From NCBI GenBank assembly GCA_965240325.2, contig OZ251227.1:2294001-2358000 (forward strand): a DNA stretch of 64,000 nt, written 5' to 3'. The notes beneath the pieces were generated by a model. That model was given only the letters and a program-made list of their open reading frames with translations. It had not been told where the DNA came from and did no database searches. The translations under genes and the position numbers were made by a program. Below are positions 60,990 through 64,000 of the stretch, piece after piece. The stretch comes from Rebecca billardiae RCC1528. Its lineage: Eukaryota > Protista > Haptophyta. Each line of letters begins with the position of its first letter. The stretch's first letter is position 1.

Positions 60990-61860
60990 TCTCCGCCGAG
61001 CCCGTCGTCACCGTAGCCGTGCGGCGCGCGCGCTCGGCTGCACAGCACGGCGCGCCGCGCGGCGCTGAGGCGCGCGGCGCGCCGCCGGCCGCGCGCGCCG
61101 CGCCGAGTCCGAGGCCGGTGCCGAGCGCGGCGCCACGCAGCGCGACGTGGTCGATGCGCCTCCACTCGTGCGCGCCGAGCTCCACCACCGCCGCCGATGC
61201 CCGCCCGCCGCCGAGCGCGTCACCGTAGCCGTGCGGCGCGCGCGCTCGGCTGCACAGCACGGCGCGCCGCGCGGCCCTGAGGCGCGCGGCGCGCCGCCGG
61301 CCGCGCGCGCCGCGCCGAGTCCGAGGCCGGTGTCGAGCGCGGCGTCACGCAGCGCGACGTGGTCGATGTGCCTCCGTTCGTGCGCACCGAGCTCCGCCAA
61401 CGCCGCCGCCGCCCGCTCTCCGCCGAGCCCGTCGTCACCGTAGCCGTGCGGCGCGCGCGCTCCGCCGCACAGCACGGCGCGGCGCGCGGCGCTGAGGCGC
61501 GCGGCGCGCCGCCGGCCGCGCGCGCCGCGCCGAGTCCGAGGCCGGTGTCGAGCAAGGCGCCACGCAGCGCGACGTGGTCGATGCGCCTCCGTTCGTGCGC
61601 GCCGAGCTCCGCCAACGCCGCCGATGCCCGCCCACCGCCGAGCCCGTCGTCACCGTAGCCGTGCGGCGCGCGCGCTCGGCCGCACAGCACGGCGCGCCGC
61701 TGAGGCGCGCAGCGCGTGGCCGGCAGCGCGCCGCCGGCCGCGCGCGCCGCGCCGAGTCCGGTGCCGGTGCCGAGCACGGCGCCACGCAGCGCGACGTGGT
61801 CGGGAGGCTCAGCTCGTGCGCACCGAGCTCCGCCCACGCGGTCGACGCCCGCTCTCGAAC
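60990..61860. repeat. Tandem repeat, ~212-215-bp unit, 4 copies plus degenerate downstream copies
   Basis: CCGTAGCCGTGCGGCGCGCGCGCTC recurs at ~61011, 61223, 61438 and 61653; a degenerate copy lies near 62080. Confidence 0.9.
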
Positions 61861-64000
61861 GAGGCCGTCACGGCCGCCGTGCGGCGTGCGACCTCGGCCG
61901 CGCGGCCGCGCACGTCGAGGCGCGCTGCACGGCCGCGGCCGCGCGCCGCGCCGAGTCGGAGGTCGGCGCCGAGCACTGCGCCGCGCCGGCCGCGCCGAGA
62001 GAGGCGGACGACATCCGGCTAGCCAGGCACGCCGATCGTCGCCACCGCCGTAGAAGCCCGCTCGCCGCTGAGTCCGTCACCGTAGCCATGCGGCGCGCAA
62101 GCTTGGCCGCGCGGCACGGCGCGCCGCGGTGCGGCGCCGGCCGTGCGCGCGGCGTGCTGGGCCGAGTCGGCAGCCGGGGGCGAGTACTGCGCCGCGCCGA
62201 GAGGAGCGGGGCGCCGAAAGATGCGGGCGATGCACCGCCGGCGGAGCACGCCGATCGATCGCCTCCGACGCCGCCGAGTCTGCCACAGCGGTAGTGCTGC
62301 GCGTGCGATCACAGACGCAAAGCCGCTTGCGCGCGCGCGGCGCGCTTGACCAAGTCGAGTCCGATGACGGTAGTGGCTGCGCGGCCGCGCAGAAAGAACG
62401 AGCCGATGCACTTCAGGTCGTGCACACCGATCTCCGCCGACGCCCGCTCTCCGCCGAGCCCGGCACCGCCGCCCGGCGGCAAGCCGAGCTGCTCGGCGCG
62501 GCGCGGCGCGGCGCGGCGCGGCGCGGCGCGGCGCGCCGAGCCACGGCGCCGCCCGTCGGCGGGGCGCGCTCAGCCGAGGCGAGGATGATGCAGATGGCAA
62601 GTAGACTGCCATGCAGAAAGAAGCGGTCGACGCGCCTTGGGATGTGCGCGCCGAGCACTGCCGCGTGCGGTTGTGCTGGACACGCGTCGCCGTCGGAACC
62701 GTCGGCGTGCCAGCAGGAAGAGCAGGAGAAGGGCAGGAAGAAGGGCAGGCCCGCATGACGTGTATCGGAGGGCGCGGCGTGCTCAGCTTGGCGGCGTGCC
62801 GCACCGACGGGCGGAGGCAGGCGAGGGCGAGCGCCGGCGGCGGTTGGGGGCGCCGCGCGCGCGTGCGGAGGTCGCCGACCGAGGGGTGGGGCCGTCGCGG
62901 GCGCTCTGTTCTCGGCTGAATTCAAACTCCAAACCGCAGTCGTCGATTCAAAATCACTACGCCACCTGGTTATTCGGACTCTTCCGGACTTTGAACCCCT
63001 CGAACCCCGACCGGGTTGAACCCCCTCGTCGAGATCGAACCCCCAGTCTGAGATTGTCCCCGACAATAGGAACGCTGCCCCCTCCGCCGAACCCCTTCTT
63101 GTCCCCGGTACCGATTCGATTGGCTTCGATCGACAAAACGGATGCGTTCGATCGCGATCGATCATCTACTCCGATTCACAAACGATCGTGATCAATCGTA
63201 ATCGATCATGAAGAAGCAAATCGATGGCTCGCCTTTTGTGATGACTGATACCAGCTAAATCGGTCGCAACTTTGTAAGTGATACATAGGCGTCATGATGA
63301 GGTGTCGATCGATTCGCTGAACGCGTTTCGTAAATCGATCGTTTCGATCTCAAACTCGATCGATCCCAATCAATCGAGGTTCGCCGATCGATCGAGATCA
63401 AATCAGAATGATGAGCTGTTCAACTCAGTTCGGATCGAGATTGGATCGGCGAACTGATCTGGCCAATCACAATCGATCGCAAGCGACCCCCTTCGATCGC
63501 GATCGATTCGGATGAAGGACCAAAGCAGAACTGATCCGAACTGATTCTGACTTCGACGATTGACTTCCACGGGTGCCTGAAATCGGTAATACTACAGGTG
63601 GATACGGGTGATCTGGACAGTGGCCGACCCAACTCACGCGGAGGACTCCCTGGGAGCATTGGGGTCGAAGGGGCGCCAGGGACGGACTTCAGGGGGTCCC
63701 TGGAGTTCCGCCACAGCGCGCTTTCTGCGCTGCGGGCCCGTCTCCGCGCGTGGCGGCCGCAATGGCACTGTCCAATTAGCCCCTGGCACTGGCTGAGGCA
63801 TGGGAATCGAGCTCAGAGACGCGCGCGCGGAGGAAAAGCGTGTGCAGCGGCTCGGACGGTTGCTCTGGGACCTACCCACGCCAGCGCAACCGCGCCTTGC
63901 CTTGGAGTCCGCCCTTCCTGAGTCCGCGCACGCGCCTTGCGGCTTGAAACGCTGGCGTTCGCCCTTGTGCGCGGGACTCACGAAACAAGGCGAAGGCGGC

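Larger units (their letters stand above)
60167..63111. mobile_element. Non-coding 2945-bp insertion with apparent 7-bp target duplication CGATTCG; class unresolved
   Basis: CGATTCG at 60160-66 and 63112-18, single copy in intact MITE A; repeated GAACCCC motifs near the right end. Confidence 0.75.
60011..63589 (-). mobile_element. MITE B: inverted copy of MITE A, split by a 2945-bp insertion
   Basis: 60011-60166 and 63112-63589 are colinear reverse complements of MITE A without indels; TA at 63590-91. Confidence 0.9.

Noticed and set aside
59760-61228. Identical ORFs on both strands (MIDFHGCLKS..., MPEIGNITDF...)
   Set aside because: Artefact of the perfect palindrome and the downstream purine repeat.
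60990-61860. CRISPR array
   Set aside because: Units are ~215 bp and repeated in full with no unique spacers; eukaryotic context with no cas genes.

Overview
Very GC-rich eukaryotic nuclear DNA with short GC-rich GT-AG introns. It is probably a haptophyte or other red-secondary-plastid alga, inferred from an ASAFAP-type bipartite plastid leader; composition and intron style would fit Pavlovales such as Diacronema. About 17 host genes are supported: RAD51, a large multipass receptor with a TIR domain, an F-box-like/RCC1 protein, a TM-interrupted TIR protein, a TPR-cyclophilin-ankyrin protein, heme oxygenase, a tiny Tat-type thylakoid-lumen protein, a DUF5690-like transporter, a WSC protein, an LRR/coiled-coil protein, two tandem RWP-RK paralogues and several unknowns. 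The most striking structure is 34882-41700: an intact CRE-like non-LTR retrotransposon ORF (RT plus restriction-like endonuclease, variant GHDD active site, no poly-A). It is tightly bracketed by two ~1.05-kb direct repeats, each with Helitron2/Helentron-type ends (asymmetric TIRs, 3' hairpin, T|T junctions). A third partial copy lies inverted at 25607-26339. The right end holds an inverted pair of GATC-saturated MITEs forming a perfect palindrome, one of them interrupted by a 2.9-kb insert. All domain calls are by motif recognition by eye; no searches were run.
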